Both the position numbers and the translations under genes were made by a program. Under the pieces are notes generated by a model. That model did not search any database. It had not been told where the DNA came from and saw nothing but the letters and a program-made list of their open reading frames with translations. From positions 1,969 to 65,968 of the forward strand of contig JANLHI010000021.1 of the NCBI GenBank assembly GCA_024654525.1: a stretch of 64,000 nucleotides of DNA. Reading direction: 5' to 3'. The stretch comes from Patescibacteria group bacterium. Its GTDB lineage: Bacteria > Patescibacteriota > Minisyncoccia > UBA6257 > 2-01-FULL-56-20. The first letter of the stretch is position 1. The number at the start of each line of letters is the position of its first letter. This document shows, in pieces, positions 34,647 through 45,104 of this stretch.

Positions 34647-36101
34647 TTATTCGCTTTTCCGCATTCGCATCAGCGGATAAATCACCGTTTCTCGAATCGG
34701 CCTGTCCATAATGAAAGAGAATACACGCTCAGAAAGTCCGAATCCCGCAATAGGAGGGAACCCATATTCCATTGCGCGCAAAAACTCTTCATCAAGTTGT
34801 TGTGCTTCTTTATCCCCCGCCGCACGAAGCTTCATCTGATCCTCAAATCGCGCACGCTGATCAAGCGGGTCATTCAACTCAGAAAACCCTTTTGCAAGCT
34901 CCGTTCCTCCGGCAACAATTTGAAAACGCTCTACACGCCGCGGATCTTCGGACATGCGTTTTGCCAAGGGTTCGATTTCCACGGGAGGGTTTACTAAAAA
35001 TGCCGGCTCAATCAAATGCGGACGTACTGTTTTTTTATAAATCAAATCAATAAGGCGTCCTTTCCCAAAACCGGATTCCGGAGCAATCTTCAATGCATGC
35101 GCTTTCTTTTCGAGCTCATGCTCCGTCGCAGTACGCGGATCAATCCCGTTCGCTTCCTTGAATACATCACAATATTCAACCCTTCCCCATTTCTTTCCCC
35201 AATTTATTTTATTCCCTTGATATGAAGTGGTAAATCCTCCGGTAACCGCTTTTATGGTGGTTTTAAAGAGAGTCTCCGTAAATTTCATTAACTCCTCATA
35301 ATCACGGTACGCCCAATAAAATTCGAGCTGAGTGTAGTCCTGCAAATGCTCTCGGCTAATTCCTTCATTGCGAAAAATTCTTCCTATTTCAAATACTTTT
35401 TCATATCCGCTTGCCATAAGCTTCTTTAAAGGAAGCTCAAGTGAAATGCGAAGATAAAAATCGGCATCAAGCGCGTGGTGATGTGTGATAAACGGTTCCG
35501 CCTCCGCACCCCCAGGAACTTGCTCCAGTACCGGCGCTTCAACTTCAAGAAACCCTTCATTCAGAAGAAATTCTCTTATAGTCCTCCAAAACATCGCCTT
35601 CTTCCGAAACAATTCCGCGGACTCGTCGTTTAAAAATATATCGAGATACCGATCACGAAGCCGTGTTTCAATATCTTCCACGCCATATCTCTCGGAAGGA
35701 ATGGGGCGAAGTGATTTCGAGGCAAGCACCAGTGTTTTCACCTCGACACTCTGCTCTCCCCTCTTCGTAGTAAATAATATCCCGGTTACGGAAATAAAAT
35801 CGCCACGATCAAGATTCTCTTTCCACAAAGCAAAATTTTTGACATTCTCCTCTTTAAGTACTGCCTGAAATGAACCCGACTCATCCCGGATATCAATAAA
35901 CATAATACTTCCCTGATCACGAATACTTATCACGCGCCCCACAAGCGAAACTTTCTTTTTTGCCTTTGTAAGCGCCTCAAATTTCTCCCGCGCCTCCCCT
36001 ATGGTATGCGTGCGTGCCACGCGTGCCGGATATGCGTCAATCCCCGCATGTTTAAGCACTTCCAACTTTTTACGCCTCTCGGCGATAAGATCTTCCAGCA
36101 T
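34647..36101 (-). CDS. lysS: Lysyl-tRNA synthetase, class II
   Basis: N-terminal OB anticodon-binding domain. Class II motifs including IFRNEGIS (motif 2) and GGxxxGxGRL-like motif 3 (GFGLSERV). Confidence 0.9.
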   Translation of the reverse strand: MLEDLIAERRKKLEVLKHAGIDAYPARVARTHTIGEAREKFEALTKAKKKVSLVGRVISIRDQGSIMFIDIRDESGSFQAVLKEENVKNFALWKENLDRGDFISVTGILFTTKRGEQSVEVKTLVLASKSLRPIPSERYGVEDIETRLRDRYLDIFLNDESAELFRKKAMFWRTIREFLLNEGFLEVEAPVLEQVPGGAEAEPFITHHHALDADFYLRISLELPLKKLMASGYEKVFEIGRIFRNEGISREHLQDYTQLEFYWAYRDYEELMKFTETLFKTTIKAVTGGFTTSYQGNKINWGKKWGRVEYCDVFKEANGIDPRTATEHELEKKAHALKIAPESGFGKGRLIDLIYKKTVRPHLIEPAFLVNPPVEIEPLAKRMSEDPRRVERFQIVAGGTELAKGFSELNDPLDQRARFEDQMKLRAAGDKEAQQLDEEFLRAMEYGFPPIAGFGLSERVFSFIMDRPIRETVIYPLMRMRKSE

Positions 36102-36142
36102 TGTCCTTTATGATATCAGTTTTATTGGTTTATTAAAATAAT

Positions 36143-36169
36143 GCCGGCGGCCGATCACTCGGTCGCCGC
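36143..36169 (-). terminator. GC-rich hairpin between greA and lysS (possible terminator)
   Basis: GCGGCGACCGAGTGATCGGCCGCCGGC stem-loop followed by an A/T-rich tract on the minus strand. Confidence 0.35.
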
Positions 36170-36195
36170 ATCTATCGCATCCCGATCAGCCCTTA

Positions 36196-36657
36196 TTACT
36201 CTACCTTCTTAATGGTATACGCAATCTTTCCTGCCGGTGTTATCACTTTCACCTCATCACCCACATGGTGATCTAAAAACGCCTTTCCTATCGGAGACTC
36301 ATCGGATATCTTTCCTTGCTCCGGTTTTGCATCATACGGCCCCACAATGACATACGTAATCTCTTTCCCGTTCTTCTCCACAACCACCGTTGACCCCACT
36401 TTCACCGTGCTCCCTCCTTCATTCTTAGTAAGAATTACGGCATTTTTTAACAACTCTTCAAGCTCAAAAATCTTCCCTTCCATAAGATTCTGCTCTTCTC
36501 TCGCTTCCGCATATTCCGCATTTTCTGAAAGATCACCATATTCCTTCGCTTTTTTTAATTGATCCGCAACGCGCGCGCGCCCCTCTCCTTTAAGCGCAGT
36601 AAGCTCACCCTGTAACTCATCATACCTTTCCTTCGAGAGATGTTTTGCTTCAGCCAT
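36196..36657 (-). CDS. greA: Transcription elongation factor GreA
   Basis: N-terminal coiled-coil (LTALKGEGRARVADQLKKAKEYGDLSENAEYAEAREEQ) and C-terminal FKBP-like domain. Confidence 0.85.
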   Translation of the reverse strand: MAEAKHLSKERYDELQGELTALKGEGRARVADQLKKAKEYGDLSENAEYAEAREEQNLMEGKIFELEELLKNAVILTKNEGGSTVKVGSTVVVEKNGKEITYVIVGPYDAKPEQGKISDESPIGKAFLDHHVGDEVKVITPAGKIAYTIKKVE

Positions 36658-36705
36658 GATTTTTTAAATATAAGCTCTATCGGACCAATAGAGCTCCAAA
36701 TATAA

Positions 36706-37458
36706 TTATATGCGATATATCCCCCTCCATAACCTGAAGCGGATTATAACGTTCTCGATTATAAATTGCAAACCCGCGGATGCAGGGACACGGGAAAATA
36801 CATTATTACTCCACCGCACCGGGACTTCTTTTATCGTATATCCGAGCGCGCGAGCAAGCGCAAGAACCTCTACATCGAATGCCCACCCGTTTATAGATGC
36901 ACGAGAAAAAATATCCTGTGCCGCCGTGTCGGTAAACGCCTTAAACCCGCATTGCGTGTCCCAAATACCCGGTACGAGAAGTATTTGAGTAATACCATTC
37001 AATATTTTTCCTGCAACACGCCGATAGAAAGGCTGAGGAGGAACAAGCTCTGCGCCTTGAATTGCACGCGATCCTATGACCACTTCACACCCTCCGTTTC
37101 CCCCTTCCTGAAAAAAAGGCACCATCTTACGAAACTGGGAAATCGAAGTGGAATTATCCGCATCCGCAAAAAGACGAACTTTGCCCCGCGCGGCAAGCAT
37201 TCCCTGTCGCACCACCCCTCCTTTTCCTTTATTCACATCATTTCCGATAAGTGTAAGTCCATCGATTTTTTCCGCCATCTTTTGTACCACCTCCGCCGTC
37301 CCATCATGAGAACCATCGTTTACCACAATAATTTCATACGAAAAACCTGCATTACTCAAATATTCATGCGCCTCAACAAGCGTCGCGGGAAGACGCTTTT
37401 CTTCGTTGTACGCAGGAATGATGACGGATAAAAACGGCTTGTCCATTGAATGATTCAC
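36706..37458 (-). CDS. Family 2 glycosyltransferase (dolichol-phosphate mannosyltransferase-like)
   Basis: SVIIPAYNEE, VNDGSHDGT and DADNS (DxD) motifs. Confidence 0.75.
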   Translation of the reverse strand: MNHSMDKPFLSVIIPAYNEEKRLPATLVEAHEYLSNAGFSYEIIVVNDGSHDGTAEVVQKMAEKIDGLTLIGNDVNKGKGGVVRQGMLAARGKVRLFADADNSTSISQFRKMVPFFQEGGNGGCEVVIGSRAIQGAELVPPQPFYRRVAGKILNGITQILLVPGIWDTQCGFKAFTDTAAQDIFSRASINGWAFDVEVLALARALGYTIKEVPVRWSNNVFSRVPASAGLQFIIENVIIRFRLWRGIYRI

Positions 37459-37517
37459 TGTTTAGATAGTATGGAACATGCAAGGAAAAACCGCAAAAAG
37501 ATCTCATGCAATATTTA

Positions 37518-38285
37518 CTAATCGCTCGCAGTTAAAATTTTAGGCCCTTCTTGTGTAATAACGATAGTATGCTCGAAATGCGCGGTAAGAGAACCATCTT
37601 TTGTAGCAAAACTTCCGTCTGCACGCTCCTCTACGCAACCAGAACCCGTTGCGACCATCGGTTCAATGGCAAGTACCATTCCCGGTAAAAGCTCTTGTCC
37701 TCTTCCCGGTGCCCCAATGTTCAACACCGCCGGCTCTTCGTGGAGGGCTTTACCTATTCCGTGGCCTGTAAGTTTATCCGCAATCGAAAACCCCCCATGC
37801 TTCACTCGAGCCGAAATAGCCGCGCCGATATCCCCAATGGTATTTTTTACTTTTGCAACCGAGATTCCTGCCGCAAGCGCTTCTTCAGTAACCGTGCTAA
37901 GACGTCGCGCTTCGGTCGTTACATTTCCTACAAGTACGGTACGCGCAGTATCCGCGTACCAACCTTTGAACTTGAGGCCAATATCTATTTTAACCACATC
38001 ACCGTCACGCACCACATATTCCGAAGGAAGTCCGTGCACTACCACTTCGTTTATTGAAATACACACTGCGGCGGGATACCCCTTCGTACTTCCCGGTACA
38101 CGATACCCTAAAAATGCCGGTTGTGCGTCCGCTTTCTTGATCAGCTCACGTGCGCGCATATCAAGCATTCGAGTTTCTACTCCCGCCTTTACCTCGTCAC
38201 AAAGCACGTCTCGTACATACGCAAGGCGTTTTCCCGCTTCCGCAAGTAATTTTATTTGAGAAGCTGTTTTGATAAAACCGCTCAT
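37518..38285 (-). CDS. map: Methionine aminopeptidase, type I
   Basis: Metal-ligand context GHGIGKALHEEP and EPMV; pita-bread fold signature. Confidence 0.9.
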   Translation of the reverse strand: MSGFIKTASQIKLLAEAGKRLAYVRDVLCDEVKAGVETRMLDMRARELIKKADAQPAFLGYRVPGSTKGYPAAVCISINEVVVHGLPSEYVVRDGDVVKIDIGLKFKGWYADTARTVLVGNVTTEARRLSTVTEEALAAGISVAKVKNTIGDIGAAISARVKHGGFSIADKLTGHGIGKALHEEPAVLNIGAPGRGQELLPGMVLAIEPMVATGSGCVEERADGSFATKDGSLTAHFEHTIVITQEGPKILTASD

Positions 38286-38872
38286 TTCAGTGTTTTCTCA
38301 ATACACGCTATGAGACGCGCGTATACTTCCTTTTTTGTTCCCATACCGGAAATCTCTTTGAAAACATATCTTTTTTTGAAGAAATCAACAACCGCAGGAA
38401 TATCCTTTGCATAGTACTTCATCCGATTCCGGAGATGCTCCATACGATCATCGGACCTCCCTTCTGTAGTTGCGCGAATCCCAATACGTTTCAAAATCTC
38501 TTTCTTGGGAATAGAGAGGTAAATCACGAGGGGATCCGTTCTCTTTGCCTCTCGAAACCATTTATATACAAGCTTCGCCTCTCCTAACATCTTGGGGTTG
38601 CCATTTAAAAAAACTCCTCGGGAAAATGGAGTCGAAAAAATAACATCTTTGAATTTTGCACGAGCGAATTGAGTGGGGGTAAGATTTCCTTTCATAGTAT
38701 GCTCGAACTTAACCTTTTTTGCCTCACGAGGGCTCAAACTCCGAAGCCAGTCTCCGAAATCAAATTCTTGAAGCGCAGGATAACGCTTTAAAAGCATGAC
38801 CGCCTGTGTAGCTTTTCCCGCCGCAGGATCTCCAAGAAATATTAAGTTGAATATTTTTTCTTGTTTTCTCAT
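38282..38872 (-). CDS. Divergent adenylate-kinase-like paralog (P-loop NMP kinase)
   Basis: P-loop GDPAAGKATQ. LID-like TTEGRSDDRMEHLRNRMKYY. Sits immediately downstream of the canonical adk. Start uncertain (38872 or 38893). Confidence 0.5.
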   Translation of the reverse strand: MRKQEKIFNLIFLGDPAAGKATQAVMLLKRYPALQEFDFGDWLRSLSPREAKKVKFEHTMKGNLTPTQFARAKFKDVIFSTPFSRGVFLNGNPKMLGEAKLVYKWFREAKRTDPLVIYLSIPKKEILKRIGIRATTEGRSDDRMEHLRNRMKYYAKDIPAVVDFFKKRYVFKEISGMGTKKEVYARLIACIEKTLK

Positions 38873-39444
38873 ATAATACCCAGCGCACTCCACACTCCTT
38901 TTTTGACCTCTTCGATTGACGGGTGCCCGTCAATCGTGAAAAAATCCGTGCGTTGCTTTAACACGTCAAGCATCGGCACCGTATTCGATTCATAATCCGC
39001 AAGCCTTCGTTCAATCGCTTCTCGCGCATCATCGACTCTCCCTTCCTGTTCTGCACGAAGGAAAAGTCGCTTGCGCGATTCATCTTTCGGAATATCCAAG
39101 AATATCGTGGCAAATTTCTTCACCCCTCGTGATTGAAGTAATCCTAGAAGAAATTCTGCCTGTCCAATTCTTCTTGGTATTCCGTCGAAAACAATCCCTC
39201 CCTTATGAGGAAGATGCTCTAACTCCTTCTTTACCACGCTAAGAAGTTCCTCGTCGGTAAAAAGGCGTCCGGTTTTCAGGATATCTCCCGCACACTCACC
39301 GCTTGAAGTAATAACATCTGCATTCTTCCGAAGAATCGCACCTGTTTCCCAAAAAAAGAAATTAAGTGTTTGTGCAAGCATTCTCGCCTGTGTTCCTTTG
39401 CCCGAACCTTGCGGACCCAGAATAAAAATTGCTTCGTAATTCAT
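38869..39444 (-). CDS. adk: Adenylate kinase
   Basis: GPQGSGKGTQ P-loop and GRVDDAREAIERRL LID motif. Conserved position after secY. Confidence 0.85.
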   Translation of the reverse strand: MNYEAIFILGPQGSGKGTQARMLAQTLNFFFWETGAILRKNADVITSSGECAGDILKTGRLFTDEELLSVVKKELEHLPHKGGIVFDGIPRRIGQAEFLLGLLQSRGVKKFATIFLDIPKDESRKRLFLRAEQEGRVDDAREAIERRLADYESNTVPMLDVLKQRTDFFTIDGHPSIEEVKKGVWSALGII

Positions 39445-39535
39445 AGAATGTAGTATTTAGGAAATTGCGAAAAAATACGAACATGCAAAAAATTATTTTA
39501 TACTTTCGCGATATTTCGTATTCTCACAGTCCCCG

Positions 39536-40804
39536 CTATATCCCCTCATACTCACGCACAGTGAGTTGAGAGTTTATCTGCCGCATCGTCTCAAGCGCCA
39601 CCGCCACTACAATAAGAAGCGCCGTACCACTTACCGTAAGCACCGCAATCCCAGTAAGGGACTGCACGATAATCGGTAGTATCGCGATAAGTCCCAAAAA
39701 CACCGCTCCGAAAAATGTCACGCGATTTACCGTTTTTTTAAAATAACGCTCGGTCATTTCTCCGGGGCGAATACCGGGAATAAATCCTCCTCCTCTCTGA
39801 AGATTCTTTGCAACTTCGGAAGGATTGAATGTGATTGCGGTATAGAAATACGTAAACGCGAATACAAGAGAAAAATAGATAATCCCATAGAATAACTGAT
39901 TATTGAGCACTGTTACCACAAGTTCATTCAACTTAACTCCCAAGGCCGGAATAAATGCGCTTGTTACCTGTGCTAAAAATTGGGGAAAAAGTAGCACTGA
40001 AATCGCGAAAATGAGAGGGATCATACCGGCTTGATTCACTTTAAGAGGAAGGTAGCTCGAAACGCCTCCATACATTTTCATCCCTCGTACACGGCGAGCA
40101 TACGCAACGGGAACTTTTCGCTCTCCCTCGTTGAGATACACCACTCCAAAAATTACGAGAAGTAATACCACAATGAATCCAATATATGTGGTGAGTCTTG
40201 CGGGAGTGTACGATAGCAACGCCAACCTTGCATCCTGGGGAAGCCTACTTACGATTCCCGCCAAAATAATGAGCGATACTCCATTTCCTATTTTCTGTTC
40301 GGTGATAAGCTCTCCAAGCCACAGCGCGATCATCGATCCCGTAGTAATCACCGCAACGTTCGTAAGCATGCTCCAAAAATCAGGCTTGTCGATTACCTGT
40401 TGCGCAACGAGAAGAGTAAGAAACCCATACGCCTGAAACACCGCAAGGGGAACCGTAAGGAGACGGGAATATTGATTGAACTTTGCCCGTCCTCGGGCGC
40501 CGTCCTCGTAATACATTTCTTTAAACTTCGGGAATATGAGTGTTAAAAGTTGCATGATGATGGTTGCCGTAATATACGGCCCCACACCAAGCATCATTAC
40601 AGAAAGATTTTCCAATCCCCCTCCGGAAAAGAAGTTGAGAAAACCAAGAAGTTGATTTGAGTTGAAATAATTCTGAAGACGCGCCGCATCTACACCCGGA
40701 ATCGGAATCGCCGCAAGAAAACGATACGCAACTAAAACACCCAACACAATAAGAATCTTATTGCGCACATCGGGGATACGGAATATTTGAAGGAATCGGT
40801 TCAT
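39536..40804 (-). CDS. secY: Preprotein translocase subunit SecY
   Basis: 10-TM SecY topology; conserved position after rplO. Confidence 0.9.
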   Translation of the reverse strand: MNRFLQIFRIPDVRNKILIVLGVLVAYRFLAAIPIPGVDAARLQNYFNSNQLLGFLNFFSGGGLENLSVMMLGVGPYITATIIMQLLTLIFPKFKEMYYEDGARGRAKFNQYSRLLTVPLAVFQAYGFLTLLVAQQVIDKPDFWSMLTNVAVITTGSMIALWLGELITEQKIGNGVSLIILAGIVSRLPQDARLALLSYTPARLTTYIGFIVVLLLVIFGVVYLNEGERKVPVAYARRVRGMKMYGGVSSYLPLKVNQAGMIPLIFAISVLLFPQFLAQVTSAFIPALGVKLNELVVTVLNNQLFYGIIYFSLVFAFTYFYTAITFNPSEVAKNLQRGGGFIPGIRPGEMTERYFKKTVNRVTFFGAVFLGLIAILPIIVQSLTGIAVLTVSGTALLIVVAVALETMRQINSQLTVREYEGI

Positions 40805-40889
40805 GGGTAAGCTTGTATTTTATAACTTGTAACGCATAACGAAAGAGTTTTGCTATTTGTTATCAGTCGTTATTTTCTTATTATAATAA

Positions 40890-41327
40890 TTACACTTTTC
40901 CTCCAGCCTTCTCAATCTTCTCTTTTGCAGATTTCGAAACGGGAATTCCTCGCACTTCAATCGGAAATTTCACATCTCCACCGCTGAGAATTTTCACTTT
41001 GCGGTTACCGTCAATAATTCCCACTTGCGCCAAAGTTTCACTCGTTACTATCACTATATCCTTACCTCTTTCGTAAAGAGGAAAACATTTACGCGCCACC
41101 ACCCCAATACTTACCGCATATGGTTTCTCACTAGAAGGTTTGTTACTGAACCCCCTCCGTTTCGGTAATCTCATAATCAAATCACGCACTGCGGGGCGTA
41201 TACGCCGACCCGCACGGGATTTTTGCCCTTTTACACCACGCCCGGAATAACTCCCTCGCTTTCCTCCTCGTGCGATTCTTACGGGCTTCTTTTTTCCTGA
41301 GATTTTTTTAATGCTATGAAGTTGCAT
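40890..41327 (-). CDS. rplO: 50S ribosomal protein L15
   Basis: GGKRGSYSGRGVKGQKSRAGRR motif. Follows S5 directly, with no L30 gene between them. Confidence 0.85.
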   Translation of the reverse strand: MQLHSIKKISGKKKPVRIARGGKRGSYSGRGVKGQKSRAGRRIRPAVRDLIMRLPKRRGFSNKPSSEKPYAVSIGVVARKCFPLYERGKDIVIVTSETLAQVGIIDGNRKVKILSGGDVKFPIEVRGIPVSKSAKEKIEKAGGKV

Positions 41328-41333
41328 GGAAGT

Positions 41334-41822
41334 TTATAGAGCGTTACGGCTTTTCATTCTTAATTTCTTCAAAGCTGCAACTGTCGCCAATGCGTTGGTT
41401 AATTTATTGGGAGTTCTCCCTAAACATTTTGAAGTGGCATCTTTGATGCCCGCAAGCGCAAGTACCACGCGCACCGCACCTCCTGCGCGAACTCCGTGCC
41501 CTTGAGGAGCGGGTTTTATCAACACACGCGCAGCACTGTATTTTGCATACACCTCGTGAGGTAACGTCCTTCCGTCTTTAAGAGGTACCATAAAAAGAGT
41601 TTTCTTTGCTCCGGCTTTTGCCTTTGCGACGGCTTGCGCAACATCAATACCTTTCGCGATACCAATACCCACTCGCCCTTTCTCGTCTCCGATAACCAGC
41701 GTTGCACGGAATCGGAATCTTTTTCCTCCCGCCACCACGCGCGTCACACGCCTAAGATCAAGCATCTTTTCTTTAAACTCGTCTTTTTTAATGGGTGGAC
41801 TCCTTCGTGTCGTATTATTCAT
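41334..41822 (-). CDS. rpsE: 30S ribosomal protein S5
   Basis: Conserved S5 dsRBD and C-terminal domain (RFRFRATLVIGDEKGRVGIGIAKG). Confidence 0.85.
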   Translation of the reverse strand: MNNTTRRSPPIKKDEFKEKMLDLRRVTRVVAGGKRFRFRATLVIGDEKGRVGIGIAKGIDVAQAVAKAKAGAKKTLFMVPLKDGRTLPHEVYAKYSAARVLIKPAPQGHGVRAGGAVRVVLALAGIKDATSKCLGRTPNKLTNALATVAALKKLRMKSRNAL

Positions 41823-41828
41823 GGTCTC

Positions 41829-42188
41829 TTATAATGTTAACCCTCCGGAACGGGCTCCTTCCGCAAGAGCCTTGACTCTACCATGATAACGATATGCCCC
41901 GCGATCAAAAACCGCTTTTTGAATGCCTGCCTCGAGTGCTCGCTTTGAAAGAAGAATTCCCACCTGCTCGGCGGCTTTTGACTTCTCTTTTACCTCTTTC
42001 TTTATTTCACGACTTGATGCCGCCACAAGCGTGGTACCGCGAACATCGTCAATAAGTTGCGCATAAATTGATTTATTACTTCGAAATACCGAAAGACGAG
42101 GACGCTCCGCGCTTCCTTCAATTTGCGTGTGCGTTCTGTGCGCGCGGCGCAGACGAATACGATTTATGTTTTTTCTAAAAGTTGTCAT
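41829..42188 (-). CDS. rplR: 50S ribosomal protein L18
   Basis: [18 protein letters not shown]...[22 protein letters not shown]. Start set at the internal Met to avoid overlapping rplF. Confidence 0.8.
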   Translation of the reverse strand: MTTFRKNINRIRLRRAHRTHTQIEGSAERPRLSVFRSNKSIYAQLIDDVRGTTLVAASSREIKKEVKEKSKAAEQVGILLSKRALEAGIQKAVFDRGAYRYHGRVKALAEGARSGGLTL

Positions 42189-42195
42189 GGTAGTT

Positions 42196-42747
42196 TTACG
42201 CAGACCCTCCTGACGAAGCAGCTTTTTTACCCGCTTTACGTCGTATAATCTCACCCTTATAACGAATTCCCTTGCCTTTATACGGTTCCGGTTTTTTGTA
42301 GGAGCGGATTTGAGCCGATACCTCCCCTACAAGCTCTTTATTAATTCCGGAAACGGTTATTTTATTTTTCTCTACTACAATAGCAATGCCTTCGGGAATG
42401 GTAAATCGGATCGGATTCGAAAACCCAAGGTGCAATACTAAATCCTTCCCTTCTATTACTGCGCGATACCCCACCCCTTCGAGCTCAAGATTTTTTTCAA
42501 AACCCTGCGAAACTCCTTCTATCGCATTTCGAGTAAGCGCCCACATCGTGCCACGCGCCGTAGCACCCCATTTTTTTTCACCCGTTCCGTCAAAAAAAAT
42601 ATTTTTATCTTCAAATTTTGCCGTAGTGCCTCGAAGAAACGGAAGCGTGAGCATGCCGCGTGTTCCCTTGATAACAAGGAAGTCTTTCTCCTGATGCACC
42701 TCAACCCCATCAGGTACTACAATTGGTTTTTTTGCTAATCGAGACAT
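42196..42747 (-). CDS. rplF: 50S ribosomal protein L6
   Basis: [12 protein letters not shown] start and two L6 alpha-beta repeats. Confidence 0.85.
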   Translation of the reverse strand: MSRLAKKPIVVPDGVEVHQEKDFLVIKGTRGMLTLPFLRGTTAKFEDKNIFFDGTGEKKWGATARGTMWALTRNAIEGVSQGFEKNLELEGVGYRAVIEGKDLVLHLGFSNPIRFTIPEGIAIVVEKNKITVSGINKELVGEVSAQIRSYKKPEPYKGKGIRYKGEIIRRKAGKKAASSGGSA

Positions 42748-42755
42748 AATAATAA

Positions 42756-43136
42756 TTACCAAATTTCAAAAAGATATTCTCCTCCAATTTTTTGTTTACG
42801 TGCTTCCGAATTATTCATAATGCCTTTTGAAGTGGAGAGGATTGCCGCACCGAATCCCTGTCTCACCGATTTTAAATCCGTATAGGGAACATACACTCGA
42901 CGACTCGGCTTGCTCACAATTTTTATCCCTTCGATAACAGGCACGCCATCGTCGTATTTCAACACTACTTCAATCATTGAACGCCGCCCCATCATCTTTC
43001 GCTGTGCATCTTTTATAAAGCGCCTCGTTACGAGTGCTTGAAGTACCGCGTAATCCATACTCGAATAGGGAACAAGCAAGGATTCTTTCCTTGCCATCTG
43101 TGCATTCTTTATTTTTATAATCGTATCGTGATACAT
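42756..43136 (-). CDS. rpsH: 30S ribosomal protein S8
   Basis: DTIIKIKNAQMA...ILSTSKGIM...GGEYLFEIW. Confidence 0.85.
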   Translation of the reverse strand: MYHDTIIKIKNAQMARKESLLVPYSSMDYAVLQALVTRRFIKDAQRKMMGRRSMIEVVLKYDDGVPVIEGIKIVSKPSRRVYVPYTDLKSVRQGFGAAILSTSKGIMNNSEARKQKIGGEYLFEIW

Positions 43137-43166
43137 AGATATAAGTTCAAAAACAAAGAGACTTCG

Positions 43167-43352
43167 TTACCATGATGCTTTTCTCACTCCGGGAATTTCT
43201 CCGCGAGTGGCCATCTCACGGAAACATATTCTGCATAACTTGAAATCTCTCATATACCCGCGCTTCCTCCCACATCGAAAACAACGTAATACCAGACGAG
43301 TTGTATATTTCGGAGTTTTTTTGCTCCGCGCGATAACCGAGAGTTTTGACAT
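43167..43352 (-). CDS. rpsZ: 30S ribosomal protein S14, type Z (zinc-binding)
   Basis: 61 aa with the [20 protein letters not shown] zinc motif. Confidence 0.85.
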   Translation of the reverse strand: MSKLSVIARSKKTPKYTTRLVLRCFRCGRKRGYMRDFKLCRICFREMATRGEIPGVRKASW

Positions 43353-43354
43353 AA

Positions 43355-43891
43355 TTACGTTGTTCTTTTTTTATCCTTTACAAACGGTACTTTTAATGCG
43401 CGAAAGGCTTCCAGCGCTTCCTCTCTATTCTTTTTTCTTGGCACGATATTGATTCCTAATGAGAAAGAAAACGTAGATGTTTCCGGGTCTATTTCCGGAA
43501 ATACGATCTGCTCTTTAACTCCCATATTCAACACTCCCTTCTCATCAACCGAACCAGTATCAATACCATGAAAATCGCGCACGCGAGGCAGTACTATGGT
43601 AACTAATTTCGTGAAAAAATCAACCATCTTCGCTCTTCGAAGCGTTACGCGAACTCCCACAACCTGCCCCTCTCTCACTTTAAATCCCGCGATTGACTTA
43701 CGCGCGCTGCGAGGCTCTGGCTTCTGACCGGTGATCGCCGCAATATCACGAGTGATTTGAGGAAGAATTTTTTCTTCGAATGCTTGGTTTTGCCCACCAA
43801 TACGGCCCACACCCGCATTCACCACTATCTTTTCGATAATCATGCGTGCTTCGAATCCCGTATGTGTGTGATTGTCTTTTTTTTGTGTCAT
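43355..43891 (-). CDS. rplE: 50S ribosomal protein L5
   Basis: Conserved L5 sequence; position in the operon. Confidence 0.85.
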   Translation of the reverse strand: MTQKKDNHTHTGFEARMIIEKIVVNAGVGRIGGQNQAFEEKILPQITRDIAAITGQKPEPRSARKSIAGFKVREGQVVGVRVTLRRAKMVDFFTKLVTIVLPRVRDFHGIDTGSVDEKGVLNMGVKEQIVFPEIDPETSTFSFSLGINIVPRKKNREEALEAFRALKVPFVKDKKRTT

Positions 43892-43926
43892 AGCAATTTA
43901 TATATGCACACTACTTCGTTCTTATT

Positions 43927-44232
43927 CTAGAACGATGCATTGCACTTTTTACACACACGGACCTTTTTTTCTCCTTCACTCCGATGTCCTACGCGCGTCG
44001 TGCGCTTACACGCCGTGCATACAATCATCGCGTTCGATACATGTACCGGACGGGGCAAAGTTACCATCTCCCCCTTTTCGCCGTTTCGTTTGGGACGCGC
44101 ACGCTTTTTATAAAGATTCAGTCCTTCAACTGTAATTTTTTCTTCAGAGGGAAAAACTCGAAGTACCGCACCGCTCTTTCCGCGATCCTTTCCGGTCATC
44201 ATTTTAATTTGATCTCCTTTCTTAATATTCAT
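43927..44232 (-). CDS. rplX: 50S ribosomal protein L24 with a C-terminal C4 zinc-ribbon extension
   Basis: KOW motif GDQIKMMTGKDRGKSG. The C-terminal tail has CTACKR...CKKCN. Confidence 0.8.
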   Translation of the reverse strand: MNIKKGDQIKMMTGKDRGKSGAVLRVFPSEEKITVEGLNLYKKRARPKRNGEKGEMVTLPRPVHVSNAMIVCTACKRTTRVGHRSEGEKKVRVCKKCNASF

Positions 44233-44240
44233 GGAATTAA

Positions 44241-44609
44241 CTACACTATTTCTTCCGCCATAGTCATTAATTTCTCGAAGCCCATGCTTTTCAACTCCCG
44301 AGGCATCGGTCCGAAAATGCGCGTTGCAACGGGTTCCTTTTTTGCATCGACTATAACCACTGCGTTTTCGTCAAAGCGCACATACGATCCATCCGATCTT
44401 CGAAACGACGCCTTCGCACGAACTATAATCGCTCTAATCACATCTTTCTTTTTTATCGCCTTTCTTGGTTCCGCTATTTGCACTGATGCGACAATCATAT
44501 CACCCAATCGTGCATAACGATGACGCGTTCCTCCTAAAATACGAAAGCAACGTACGACTTTCGCGCCGCTGTTATCCGCAACTTTTAAGATGGATCGTTC
44601 TTGTATCAT
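44241..44609 (-). CDS. rplN: 50S ribosomal protein L14
   Basis: MIQERSILKVADNSGAK start. Confidence 0.9.
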   Translation of the reverse strand: MIQERSILKVADNSGAKVVRCFRILGGTRHRYARLGDMIVASVQIAEPRKAIKKKDVIRAIIVRAKASFRRSDGSYVRFDENAVVIVDAKKEPVATRIFGPMPRELKSMGFEKLMTMAEEIV

Positions 44610-44872
44610 TGCTTTTTAGTAGTACCATCTATTTTCCCTACTATTTTCCAACGCTTATCTTTTGAAAGAGGGCGCGTCTCTTCAATAACCACCTTATCGC
44701 CGATATGACACGCATTTTCCTCGTCGTGTACCTTTACCTTGGTAGTAACCGTAAAATACTTGAGGTATTTGGAATGCTTTTTTACCTGCGTAATCGCCAC
44801 TACGCACGTTTTCTGCATTCGGTCGGATACCACTACCCCTTCCCGTGTTCTTTTGTTTTTTTCCTGTTGCAT
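44606..44872 (-). CDS. rpsQ: 30S ribosomal protein S17
   Basis: OB-fold S17 sequence; operon position. Confidence 0.85.
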   Translation of the reverse strand: MQQEKNKRTREGVVVSDRMQKTCVVAITQVKKHSKYLKYFTVTTKVKVHDEENACHIGDKVVIEETRPLSKDKRWKIVGKIDGTTKKQ

Positions 44873-44890
44873 AAAATTAAGATTCCTTGT

Positions 44891-45103
44891 TTATACGTTA
44901 TTACTCTTCTTTTTGTCCGCGTAAATATAGGTAAGCATCCTCGCGATACCTTTTCGCACAATTCGGATTTCCGACACATTCTTCACTTTTCCCGCCGCTA
45001 AGTCAAATCGAAGCTTGCGAAGCTTCTCTCGAGCTTCTCGCACTAACTTTTCCAATTCGGCAACCGGTTTCGTTTTTAGTTGTTCAATATCGCGCCGTTT
45101 CAT
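44891..45103 (-). CDS. rpmC: 50S ribosomal protein L29
   Basis: 70-aa coiled-coil L29. Confidence 0.8.
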   Translation of the reverse strand: MKRRDIEQLKTKPVAELEKLVREAREKLRKLRFDLAAGKVKNVSEIRIVRKGIARMLTYIYADKKKSNNV

Positions 45104-45104
45104 A

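Noticed and set aside
36766-38259. Plus-strand ORFs (221 aa and 197 aa) inside the GT2 and map genes
   Set aside because: Antisense shadows of well-supported genes.
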